Source of the DNA: Eledone cirrhosa
Lineage: Eukaryota
DNA length: 64,000 nucleotides
Direction: 5' to 3'
NCBI GenBank assembly: GCA_964016885.1
Contig: OZ024751.1
Location: 7,626,001 to 7,690,000 of the forward strand
Each line of letters opens with the position of its first letter. The first letter of the stretch is position 1. Positions 14,400-26,728 of this stretch are shown here, one piece after another. The notes under the pieces were generated by a model. That model was not told the DNA's origin, made no database searches, and worked only from the letters and a program-made list of their open reading frames with translations. Position numbers and translations under genes: made by a program.

Positions 14400-14610
14400 A
14401 GGAACAAGTAAGACCCCGACGGCTGAGCTCAAGCCGTTTCGTCGACGGCTAATTCTGAACTGAATTAGCCGTACAGAATTAGCCGTCGAAACGGCTTGAG
14501 CTCAGCCGTCGGGGTCTTACTTGTTCCTATTACCCACTCTACTACCACAAGTATTGAGTACTTTGGTGCGTTATGGTCCACCTGGTTCCTTACCACATTT
14601 CCGTCGTTAT
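14400..14610. mobile_element. Short fold-back (family H4) carrying the 3' half of an HHR in both arms
   Basis: 14400-14457 is inverted relative to 14474-14529; GAAA cggct-tgagctc-agccg TC ggggtc; mirror-image copy at 20195-20404. Confidence 0.75.
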
Positions 14611-14634
14611 ATAGGTATATATGTATATAAATAA

Positions 14635-14707
<73 letters not shown>

Positions 14708-14802
14708 TAAAAAAATAATGAATAAAATAATGAAACAGTTCCTTATATTAAACAAAAAAGATCATTATTTAACGATCGTTTCTAGGACATATATGTGTTA
14801 GA

Positions 14803-15136
14803 ATTTTGTTTCTGTGTGTGTCACACTGAAACAAAATGGCGTAGGACAGAACAAAGGAGAGGCACAGAAACAAAGAAAGGAATCCCCAGTCACTGAAGAG
14901 GTCACAGAGTGTGTGACGAAAGAACTATGACTATATATAAACAACTATCTGATTGTGGAACCAACCAACCAACCAGAAATTTATAAATTTGTAAATTTAT
15001 AAATATATAATAAATTGATGTGAAAGCAACTGGTGCGTGTGTTTCTTATTGGCAACATGACCCTCCCAAAGTATAACAATATCGGTTTCAACACACGATT
15101 TCAGATAAAGAATCTTGCTAAACAAATTCAGAAACG

Positions 15137-15140
<4 letters not shown>
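14803..15140 (+). mobile_element. HHR family H5 element with a small 5' hairpin, ending in (TA)n
   Basis: Homologous to 49510-49836; tails also at 32438-32630 and 20445-20585 (minus). Confidence 0.75.
14888..14932 (+). ncRNA. Minimal type I hammerhead ribozyme (H5)
   Basis: agtca CTGAAGA g-gtcaca-gagtg-tgtgac GAAA gaac TA tgact; perfect 5-bp stem I. Confidence 0.75.
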
Positions 15141-15174
<34 letters not shown>

Positions 15175-15178
<4 letters not shown>

Positions 15179-15365
15179 ACTGCTTATACTTTTGGCACAA
15201 GGCCAGCAAACCACCCAGTGTATTACTGGTACTTTATTTTATCGACCCCGTAAGGATGAAAGGCAAAGTTAACCTCGGCGGGATTTGAACTCAGAATGGC
15301 AAGGGCCGCAACTCTATGCGTCAAAGCATGGCGTCCGACTCTCTACCGATACTGCCAATTCACCA
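15175..15365 (-). mobile_element. S1 SINE
   Basis: Reverse complement of the S1 pattern, full length. Confidence 0.85.
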
Positions 15366-15377
15366 ATATATATAATA

Positions 15378-15840
15378 ATAACATTAATGAATATGCTGAT
15401 GTTACATAAATCCTTTAATCATTATAATTATTTCAACGGTTCTCCCATGCAATCAAGATGAAATTCATGCATTTTTTTGTTGTTATGGGAACGGTATCCA
15501 GATTGAAATTCGATTTTGTGTCATGCCCCCGGCAGGAAAACAAACGCACGTCTATTTCCTCGTGCGTCTAGCAGACATGTGAGTTCCTGAAAGGTTCTCC
15601 CAGCCGTCGTGTTTAATGGAGTAAAGTGCTTTCCACGCGCCAATTAATGAAATCACGATTCACGCATCCCTCATGTAATTGGGGTCGTTAATCATCAAAA
15701 GATTAAGCCATCAATTATGTTGTGATGATATTTTGATCAACAAATGCATGAATTACAACTTCCTTTCATGGGAGAACCGTTGAAATAATTATAATGAATA
15801 AACGGTTTATGTAAAATCAGAATTTTTATTAATGTTATTT
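15378..15840. mobile_element. Fold-back of family H6 (tail continues at 16015-16078 after a SINE)
   Basis: 15378-15480 is inverted relative to 15738-15840; homologous to 25930-26250; GAAA taatta TA atgaa. Confidence 0.75.
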
Positions 15841-15842
15841 TG

Positions 15843-16015
15843 TAGTATAGGTAGAGAGTCGGACGCCATGGTTTGATGTATTGCCCTTGCCATTCTGAGT
15901 TCAAATCCTACCTTTGTTAACTTTGCCTTTCATCCTTACGGGGTCGATAAAATAAAGTACCAGTAATGCACTGGGTTATTTTTGGGCACTATGCCAAAAG
16001 TAGAAACAATTATTA
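15843..16015 (+). mobile_element. S1 SINE inserted in the H6 tail
   Basis: The uninterrupted H6 tail (aatgttat|actgaatctcc) is seen at 26177-26197. Confidence 0.8.
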
Positions 16016-16321
16016 TACTGAATCTCCATTGTAACTACAAACTGCGAATGTTGAGAGCTTTCTCCTGCTTGAGCCTGTTTTTTTTTTTTACCAAAACAAT
16101 TTCTTCGGAACACAATATATATATATATATGTATAATATAGATATGGCCTCTCTTCTACAGCAATAGAACTGTTTCATTCGAAGGAAATCATCAGCAAAG
16201 CTCTTTCAGGTCTATGTGTAAATATTAAATATTTACAATCTGCAATGTATTGAGTACCTTACTTACTGTGGTTACCCCCGATTGAACACTGGATAAACAT
16301 ATCTACGTATCTATATATATA

Positions 16322-16690
16322 TCAATGATATTAATAAATGGAAACTATATTTATAAAACCATATTTATTCTATTATAAATATTTCAAGGGTACCAACACT
16401 TTGGTACGCACTCAACAGATAAAATACAAAGTTTGTTTAAGATCTCCTTCCTGGATATGTCAATATTTATAAAACAACGTTTGTATTTTATCTGATTAGA
16501 GCGAACCAAAGTTTTGGTATCCTTAAAATATATATAATAAAAATATATATAATAGAATAAATATGGTTTTATAAATATAGTTTCTATTTATTAATATCAT
16601 TGATATTATACTCCAGAAAATCATGTTGAGTGCTTCGAATCAGTTATAAACATATATATTTGTTGAATTAAATATCCCTTTTGCTTATAT
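16322..16690. mobile_element. Fold-back of family H1 with degenerate HHR cores
   Basis: 16322-16430 is inverted relative to 16480-16603; cores read CTGTTGA (minus) and CTGATTA (plus). Confidence 0.75.
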
Positions 16691-16810
16691 TTATATATAT
16701 ATAGTGAAAGACTGAAGAATATCATGGTCGGCTGTACAGCAAGGGGCTATCTTTCAAGTATTAACCCCGATTGAACCCGGGATAAACATATCTATCTATT
16801 TATCTATCTA

Positions 16811-16871
<61 letters not shown>

Positions 16872-16878
<7 letters not shown>

Positions 16879-17130
16879 AAGATTGTAGAATAACATGGTC
16901 GGCTGTACAACAAGGGGAATTATTTCAAATATTAACAATTGTTTCATTGATCAAGTGAGTCTAAAGCCGCTAATCATTTGAAGTTGCCTCACTCGACCTT
17001 AGATAAGGTGTTTACCTCGAGTGATTAACGGCCTTTAGATTCACCTGATCAATGAAACAATTGTTAATACTTGAAATAAAGGCCCCTTGTTGTACAACCG
17101 AACATGTTATTCTTCAAACTTTCACTATTA
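16872..17130. mobile_element. Fold-back element adjoining (TA)n; partial extra tail copy at 16702-16765
   Basis: 16872-16978 is inverted relative to 17020-17130; GAAA caattg T motif faces outward in both arms. Confidence 0.75.
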
Positions 17131-17311
17131 TTACTCCAAGTATAACCTGTATAGGAATTCTCGCGAATTCGCTGCCTAACTATGGAAATATCTTGTTGAG
17201 TCAAACAAAGCCGTACGGTAAAAATCTCCACAATACAGAGTACTCACAACCTCTAACTGGATTACCTATAACGATCACTTGTTATCCCATATGTACATAT
17301 ATATATATATG

Positions 17312-17350
<39 letters not shown>

Positions 17351-18890
17351 ATCCTCACACGGGCATATTCAGACTCAGTTATATGTACGTGTATCTACTA
17401 TTTTAATCGTTTCCAAAAAATGTTAGTTTTAGTATCTCATGATCGAAATATACGTTGATGTGTATGGTACACGAATCAACACAAATCTGATTAACAAAAA
17501 GATCCATTCTTAAATATATTCTTAAAATGAATCTGTTGTGATCATATGTATAAATATACGTATGTAAATTCTATATCAGTAATGATTATAGTTTCTGATA
17601 GCGTTAGTCAGAAAATCTAAATGTATATACCCGAGCTGAATATATATTTGATATGCTGATATGATGATTTGAGAAATATAGAACATTTTGTGAGTTGTAG
17701 ATACGTAAATGTGATATATACCCATTACATATATAATGGCAGTCTAATGAACAGCAGTTTCACACTCTTCCTATTATCTGCCATTATTCTCCATGATAAT
17801 AAAACAGAGAAATACCCGGATTAATCTGCCTAAATTTAGAAATTCAGAACATATTCAATATGAAGAAACCAGAATTTAGTGGTATATATACAATAGTGTA
17901 TATTAGTAAGATGCCATGTCCTATTTGAAAGTGTTCTGTTAAATATATATGTATATATAATTATGCTAAATAATGTTTGTGTGCGTATATGTGTCCTAAT
18001 TCTGTATTTTTCATCCAAGATTCTTGTGAGAAAATCGTGTAGTGAAATAGATATTGTTATAAATTGGAGTAGGGTCTTATTGCCAATAAAGACACTCACA
18101 GCAATTTAATTTCCCATTGTAGTTCGATTCCCCATGGCAGGTTGTGACCTTGAGCAAGAAACCTTATTTCACGTTCCTACAATCCCCTCAGATGGGAAAA
18201 TTAGTTGAATCTGTAATTCCAATGACCAGCCTTGTCACATTGTGTCATGCTGAATCTTCCTGAGAACTACGTTAAATCCCTTAAACTTTAATTCAACAAA
18301 ATTCTTCAGCGATACTGGTATAGTCACTCCCTCCGTCTCTCTCGCTCTCTCCGTCTCTCACTATTATAAGCAAACGGGTACCCACGCCTTGGCCGCCCCC
18401 CCGACCTGGGCGGAAAGAATGGAGAAGGCAATTTCCAGGAGTTGAATTTAATAGAATATATGACTTCAGGGTTTCACCAGTAACAAAAATTTCCACATAT
18501 TAAGCCAACCGATGAATGGATTAGTTATATGATACAATGCTAGGGATTATATCGGCCCTATGCACTTTATATTATCCAACCCGGAATGATGGTTGACTAA
18601 GTTGATATCGATAGATTTGAAATCAGAATCATACCTAAGTACTGCAGACCATTAACTGAGTAATAGTAAAACCTAGTTGAAACTTGGCTGGTGGGTATGC
18701 GCTTTTTACTTGAAGTATGCATTTCTCAAATTCTAATATAAGGTTAGTGAACTACATATTTGCTTTGGGGAAGCGCATAATCATCGCAGCCATTGGTTTG
18801 TAAGTAACTGAATAAATGAATATATTTACACACACACACACACGCACATACGCACACACACGCACGCATACATACGCACACACAAACACA

Positions 18891-19011
<121 letters not shown>

Positions 19012-20145
19012 GTGTTATATATGTTTGTGTCTGTGTGTGTGTGGGGGGGGGGATTATGATATTATGTATATACATTTTAGAGTGGATGTTTTTTTCACTA
19101 TGTCAACTTCTGACATATACATGTGTGGGTGTCTGACGAAAATAATTGGAGAGAGAGCCAACACTTAACAATATTGCAACTACTATTTGAAGCATTCGCT
19201 TTTAAACACCTGCCTTACACTAGAGTATATTTTAATAAATCATATCTATATACGGAAGAATTATACGTATTTCGAATTACAAATGTTTTACTTTAGTGTA
19301 GATACTCATATAGACATTGGAATATTTCTGTTAAGAAATATTTGAATCGAGGCCCTCAGTATGATATACTGTTGGGATGAAATACAGTGATAAATATATA
19401 CCGTAACGCAGCTCTTCAGGCAGCATGCGAACTAGCTCAGCCCTTTCTTTGCAATATGCATTTATCATTTATTTATATTAGCTAACGCCCTGCGTTCCTT
19501 TAATAGACACATGCATATACACGCATTAACACGCATGTTATAGTGTGCATACACTTTCAAACGAAAACAATAATTATCGATCGTGCATAATGTAGTCACA
19601 TTGACTATCAATAATTGATTGCAAACAATTGACCAAATCAATTGCCTACAGACAAATAATTTATAATTGACTATCATCCATTTATCAACAAAGCAATATC
19701 ATTGTACATACTTTGAAGGTAGCACGTTATAGTTGTAGAAGCCGTTGAAATGTGAAGAAATTTATACTGGATAAATAGATGTAAACAGAATTAAATAGAG
19801 TGCAGTAACATAAATTGTATAACAGGGAATTCGGTTTTCTGCTTCCTCGGTAAGCATATATCAGGTGCATCTTCATACGTTGGGAATATAACGTGCTGCA
19901 AATATGTTATGTTTATTAGATGAAAGACGAAAAACAAATCAAACCAGAGAGTAAATATTCCATTACTAAACAAATATTAAAATACGAAATCTTGTTATCA
20001 CACGCAGGGCTTACGTAAATATATATAGCATGCAATCGTATATTTTTACAGAAATCTCACACATTTGAAGTATAATAGTAGCCTGTCAAAATACCACTTT
20101 ATACAAATTTGTTGAAAACAAGTTCCATTATGCCTTTTGTTAAAT

Positions 20146-20194
<49 letters not shown>

Positions 20195-20195
<1 letters not shown>

Positions 20196-20402
20196 CTAAC
20201 GGAAAAAAGTGGTAAGGAACCAGATGGACCATAACGCACCAAAGTACTCAATACTTAGGGTAGTAGAGTGGGTATTAGGAACGAGTATGACCCCGACGGC
20301 TGAGCTCAAGCCGTTTCGACGCCTAATTCTGGACAAACATTCTGAGTCCAGAATTAGCCGTCCAAACGGCTTGAGCTCAGCCGTCGGAGTCCTACTCGTT
20401 CC

Positions 20403-20404
<2 letters not shown>
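20195..20404. mobile_element. Fold-back of family H4, TA-flanked
   Basis: 20276-20334 is inverted relative to 20346-20404; same family as 14400-14610. Confidence 0.75.
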
Positions 20405-20443
<39 letters not shown>

Positions 20444-21204
20444 CGGCGATGAATTAGTTTAGCGAGGTTTTTTTATATGAAATCGTGTGTCGAAACAAAT
20501 ATTGTTATACTTGGGGAGGGTCATATTTCTGTATTATTGCCAGAATTAATAATAGAACACACTCACTGTTTGGTTGGTTTTCGCTTCTCGCTGTCTTTTA
20601 TATCTGCAATCTAGCTTACTCGGTCCTCAATGTTGCCATTGACTGACCGACGGTCAAAAATATTACAGATACAATATAGACATAAACACATATATAGTTT
20701 ACATAATTTACATAAATCGTTCGTTGCACATCTGCAACATCGTCAGTGGTGTTATATTTTCCTCCTGTGGTGTTGTATATCTACGCCATTTTTTATTCAG
20801 TCTGTCTATATATTTATTTATTTATTTGCTTGTTTGTTTATTTTATTTTGTCTTCTTTGCGCATGCGTTTGCGTGTGTGTATATTGTTATGTTTGCTGTG
20901 TGACTAGTGTGTATAGTGTTGTGTTTGCTGGGTGACTAGTGTGTGTTCATGTGCTTGTTGTTATTGTGCTTGTGTATGTATTTATTTATCTTATTTTATT
21001 TACTTATTTATACTTCTCTTAGGTCAGTGTTGTTTGTTTGGGTGTTGTTGCTATTCCACTCATTCTTTCTGTTTAGCTTTGGTCTTCTAATTTCTATTTC
21101 ACTGGCCTCTATGATTTGCCTATCTGCTGGGTCATTTCTATGTTTAGATATTATTCTAATTTCTATGTTGTTGTCTAGCATGTTCGTATAGTACTGGCCC
21201 GTTT

Positions 21205-21859
21205 ACAGTTGGGTGCGGATGCATTCATGTATATATGTGTGTGTCCGCATGTATCTGTGTGTTTCTAAATGTATTAATAACTCCCTCTGGTCGAGCAATC
21301 TTTGAAGTGTGGGGACAACTGGAAAGCTTCCATTACTCATACTTCTCGCCTTCTTCACTACCTCTTCTACGGCCTCGATATGAATATCCCCTCCGCCTCC
21401 GTGGTATTTTTTTCGTGGTTATAGGAGGCTTAGCTCTGTTTCTCGACCGTTATATCGCGTGACTATCTCCCCCTCCGCCTTTTGGGATTCTTTCTCACGT
21501 CGTGTAGACGCGTTCTTGAGACTAGAAAAATGAGGTATCCTCTTGATAAGTCGGCAGACCTCGCAAGGACTCTATATCTTTGATATATTGTTTTTGTTTA
21601 TGCCACGAAACTACGTAGTCGAGGAATTTAGGAACAGTTTAGGTATGATACATTTTATTACTAATTATATCTAAATGTTTCTTCTCTCTTCATAATGTAT
21701 TTTTAACTCTGATACTGGTTCAGTCTGGTTCAAACTGAATTGGTCTGTCCCAGTCATTCATTGAGCAACATCGGTGAAGTTGGCACCCTTAACTCACAGT
21801 TGGGTGCGGATGCATTCATGTATATATGTGTGTGTCCGCATGTATCTGTGTGTTTCTAA

Positions 21860-21865
<6 letters not shown>
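21205..21865 (+). mobile_element. 591-nt unit bounded by 70-bp direct repeats, containing an HHR
   Basis: 21205-21274 appears identical to 21796-21865; ends in (TA)n. Confidence 0.65.
21538..21625 (+). ncRNA. Type I hammerhead ribozyme, U3:A8 core variant
   Basis: tcctc TTGATAA gtcggca..tgccac GAAA ctacgtag TC gagga; perfect stem I and palindromic stem III. Confidence 0.7.
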
Positions 21866-21919
<54 letters not shown>

Positions 21920-22008
21920 CTATGTGTGTGTGAGTGTGTGTAAAAGGTAAACAGGAATAACAACACAATCGGTACAGTATATAGAAGATATATATTAGGT
22001 TAACCCTT

Positions 22009-22046
<38 letters not shown>

Positions 22047-22048
<2 letters not shown>

Positions 22049-24275
22049 AACTTTGATGTCACGATGGGGTCCAGTGACTCATCGCAAGCAACTGACCTGG
22101 TCGGGATATACCTCCTACATAATCTTAGGGAAGAGATACCGGCCCTACACGGAGGTGTATTATGGGACGACGCCCTGTTTACCGTTAGGAACCATAGCCC
22201 CCGTAGGATAGGTAACCTTAACAAACATATACACAGGTTCTTCAAGTCATACGGCCTATCCGTAACAATGGACCTCAACCACAAGGTTGTCAACTTCCTG
22301 GACGTGTGTCTAGAGTTGAGTACGGGCTTATACAAGCCATACCATAAGCCTGGAGAGTGTCTCTCTTATATTAATTATACCTCCAACCACCCTAAGCAGA
22401 CTCTCAACTCCATAGTCTATAGTATCTCACATAGAATCTTGAGGCTATCCGCCAATGAGGAATACTTCAACCAAGCGGCAGATTACTACAATAGGGCTTA
22501 ACCGAGGAAGTTCCTACATCCCTAACGCCAGCTCTAGAACCCCCCCCCTCATAAAACGAACGTTATAGTAAGTCATACCTGTAACCGATCACTCGTTGAA
22601 ATCGGATATAATAGAATAGATAACCGCACTAAATTCACGACCCCGGCGAAGCTGACCACTGTAGATTACTCAACTATTCCCCTATTACAAAACCAACAAA
22701 GGCTACGGCCTACTAACAACGCCTTCCAACCATCATGTTTATCTACATAAACATGGAAGACGTAAGAAGAATGCACCCGAGCATAAAGCGAAAGGGACAC
22801 CGAACGGGCGACGGCGCATTAACACATATAAGAGCGGACACCTAGATGGAACCACCCGTAGCAAACGTACAAGGACACGTAATCGCCACCGTAACGTCCT
22901 ATGGTGCCACCCCACCCCCTACTCTCGGAGTGTGGCCTCCAACATACCCCGGATGTTCTTCGAAGCCTTAGAGAATAACTTTCCGCCCAACCATAGGTAT
23001 AGAAAAATTCTTAATAGGAACGATATAAAAATATCCTTCTCTACTACTCCTAACCTAGCAGACATCATAGAAACAACAAACCACAGTAAGATCACCAAGA
23101 CACAGCACCTCGACACAGATGCACCTACCCCTGATAATAACTATATCGGCCTTAACAACCCCCTGGCAGCATACAATAGTGTTGGCAACGGCATCCGCAA
23201 ACGCAACCAGCATAACCGCGAAATGACTGGGGAACATGCAGCACATGACGTGCGGAATAACAATCACACCACCCCGCGTGCTGTGGGTTGTAATGGTGCT
23301 AACGACAGCTGCGGGAGCGTAGGTAACAACGTAGGCAGCAACAATGATAGCCTTACCGTGGGAAATAGACGGAACGCGACAGAAATTGCAACTGCCGCGA
23401 CAGAGGACGCTGCCCTCTTAGAGGATACTGCTTGACTGATAGGGTTATATATAGATGCACTATAACTAGCCACAATAGCGTTAAACATTATATACGGGCT
23501 ACGTCCGACCCGCTCAAAATTAGGTTTCGAACACATCTCCACTCTTTCACAAATAAAAAAACTAAGACACTCCACTTCGCTCCCGGACTACATCACATCA
23601 CTAAAGGACTTAAACATCAGTTTCACCATGCACTGGGATATTTTCGGCAGGGCTGCACCGTGCAACTTCGAGAGGAAATGCGATATTTGCCTCGTGGAGC
23701 TCTACCACATCATAACTGCACCCCAACATCAACAGCATAGCTGAAACAGCGATAAGTTGTACACATCGCTTAAAAATATCCTTCTTCAGATGGGTTAAGG
23801 ATGAGGAGTGAAACCGTGCAACGGATCTCCCTGCAACAAGTCTTAACACCCCGGCGGGCAGGCGCTGCAAAATAACACCCAGGAAACTATCCTTGCATAC
23901 CAGACCCAGCCTCAAACGACTCAGACAAACAGATGCGGCAAAAAAAAACTCTCAAAATAAGCGTTGATTACATGCGTATCGACAATGGTAAGGTTGTAAC
24001 CTCATCTCGTAGCGGATAAAACATTTGTCCGGGAAAGACTGCCCTAACACCGAGCAGAGTTACCTCCCTTGACCGGCTGCACTATCAAAACAAGTTATTT
24101 TTGCGAGCAATGAACCTTGAGGTGGATATAACCCCCAAAACTCTTTCCGATCAATGTAAGGAACACTTTTGATTATGTATGCCCTTGAGAAGCCCAACTG
24201 GGCCAAACGTACGTAGGTGCTGTTTTAAATAAACATGTTTTAACGGTCTATTCTCCGATTTCTTACTTTCCCACA
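22047..24275 (+). mobile_element. 5'-truncated, frameshifted Naiad-type Penelope-like element (RT + GIY-YIG)
   Basis: FDVTMGSSDSSQATDLVG, VVNFLDVCLEL, YINYTSNHP, FPPNHRYRKILNRNDIKISFSTTPNL, NCNCRDRGRCPLRGYCLTDRVIYRC, KCDICLVE; starts directly after (TA)n; degenerate HHR at 24180-24220. Confidence 0.9.
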
Positions 24276-24704
24276 TATATATGTATAGTGACGAAACTTA
24301 AGTCAATTGCATGAACTTATAATCCTTTATTTATTGCTATAAATATTTCGATGATCAGAGCATTGGGACATATGAGCTTGTTAGGAATAATTTAATGTTG
24401 TCAGCAGGAATAACCTTAATTCTCATTGGTCAGTTTGTAGAATCTAGTATGGTTGGTAACAAAGAGGCAGGTGGTGTTGTAAAGTTCAAACCGTCAGGCA
24501 AGATGACAATAGTTCCATATGACTGATTTTCACAAAAAGGATTCCCGGTCAGATATATATTCAATTGAGGTTTATAGTATGAAATTAGAAACTACAGGTC
24601 ATTCTTAAATTGAGGAATTTATGTGGGATGGTACTAGTGAAAATTATGGTTAGAGTAGAATACTAGAACATTTACATATAAAAAGACTTATGTTGGTTGA
24701 CTTG

Positions 24705-24738
<34 letters not shown>

Positions 24739-25068
24739 GTAGTAACATGTGCCGTATTTGACTAAATAGAATTAGTCTGTTAGAAGCGATTTAAAAAAAA
24801 CCCATCCGAATGGTAACACACACACACACGCGCGCAGTGCGCGCACACTCACACTTTGTTCCTCGTTCCTTTTTTTCTCCGTATGTATACTTGCTTTTGT
24901 ATTTATGTATACTCTTTGTCCCGTTTGTTCCTATCTTATCCATATGTGTACCTGCATTTATATCTGTATGTTTTGAGTTCCTCTATTCGCTTCATACAGC
25001 TCGCTTCCAGTCTAGAAGTCCTTTTTTGTCGGACCTGGTTGCTACCGTTGTTATTATTAATACCAATG

Positions 25069-25260
25069 CGCGGTGAATTGGCAGTATCGGTTGAGGGTCA
25101 GACGCCATGCTTTCCAGCATAGCTACGTCCCTTTACGGTCTGAGTTCAATTCCCGTCCAGATTAACTTTGCCTTTCATCTTTACAGGGTCGATAAAATAA
25201 ATTACCAGTAATGAACTGGTGTTTTTGCTGGCCTTGTGCCAAATGTAGAAACAATTATTA
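25069..25260 (+). mobile_element. S1 SINE
   Basis: Full head, central domain and tail. Confidence 0.85.
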
Positions 25261-25379
25261 ATACCAATGTAGACTACTATTGTAATTAACTGTTATTTTG
25301 GACTGAAATTATTGCTGGCCTTATGCCAAAGTGTGGAAGCGATGATTATTATGATGATTATGTTAGTACTATTACTAAT

Positions 25380-25860
25380 GTAGGAATTTACATCGACCGG
25401 CACCGCAAGGACTTTTTTGTTGCAGTCGTCGCCGTGACAGGTTCATTACTGGTGTTGTTGTCGTAGATAGTGTTGCTGCTGCCTGGCTCTCGAGTAGGAA
25501 TGTACTAGCTGCCACAAGCTGGTCACTAATATCACTACTACTGCGACGAATAGTGTTGACGATGGGGCGCTAATGTTGTTGTTGCCGTGTCGTTGTGGTA
25601 GTTGTTGTCGTTGACGTTTCTGTTGTCTTGAATATGGCTGTCATCAAGTGTGTATATCGCCCTACTTCAGAGTTCCGTTTATTGCTGTTGCTGTTGTCAT
25701 ATTGTAGTTGTTATTGTTGTCGTTAGCTGGGTATTACGATCACTACAATGGCTAGAGTAGACGATGTTGGTCGGTGTTTGCTGTTGTTGTCGTTGTTGTT
25801 GTTGTGGCTGTCATCAAAATATATACCTCACACTCCCTCGGAGTTCCGTTTATTGCTTCC
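25380..25860. repeat. Degenerate (GTT)n low-complexity region with a ~50-bp internal direct repeat
   Basis: gttgttgtc-rich; 25635-25686 is similar to 25805-25857. Confidence 0.6.
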
Positions 25861-26052
25861 ACTATCTACTGGATTCTAGGTCCGTATACATTATTGGTTG
25901 ATACAGGTCGGCACAACATACTTGGTTAGCCTGTTGTTGATTTACGACCCTAATTCTGTGAGGGGTAAGAGAATCCTGATTTCGGTAATTGACAATTGGG
26001 CGCACAAGCAGTAGGGTCTGTTTTTCTTGCCGGTGGGATATCGCTAAATCGA

Positions 26053-26149
26053 GTTTCATCTGAGGATACCGTTCTCATCATAACTTCAGATGCAGGAATT
26101 ACATCTTGATTGCATGAGAGAACAATTGAAATGATTATAATGAATAAAC
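26053..26149 (+). ncRNA. Type I hammerhead ribozyme with long stem II (H6)
   Basis: ttcat CTGAGGA taccgttctc..gagaacaatt GAAA tgatta TA atgaa; base of stem II is imperfect. Confidence 0.65.
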
Positions 26150-26312
26150 GATTCATATACCATCAGCATCTTTTTTAATGTTATACTGAATCTCCATCGT
26201 AACTACAAACTACGAATGTTGAGAGCTTTCCTGCTGGCTCCTGTTTATAACAAGACAATCTCTTTGGAACGGATACACATAAATACACACACCCACACAC
26301 ACGCACGCACAC

Positions 26313-26428
<116 letters not shown>

Positions 26429-26728
26429 ATGTATGTATGTATATATGTATGCATGTATATATATGTATGTATATATATATATATATATGTGTATGTATCA
26501 ACCTGATTAGTTTTATCAGTCCTTTGGTATATATTGTGTGTTAGTTTAGCCTACCGCAATGTTCGATTTGTCAAGCTATTTAAACGTATGTTATAACTCT
26601 GATACCTATCTTATCGAGTGCTTTGCTAACTCATCACTTCATATAAGTAGGCCGAATTTACTTGCAAACCGCCAGAGATTCGATTTTATTGATTTCCTAT
26701 TATAAATATATATATATATATATGTATA

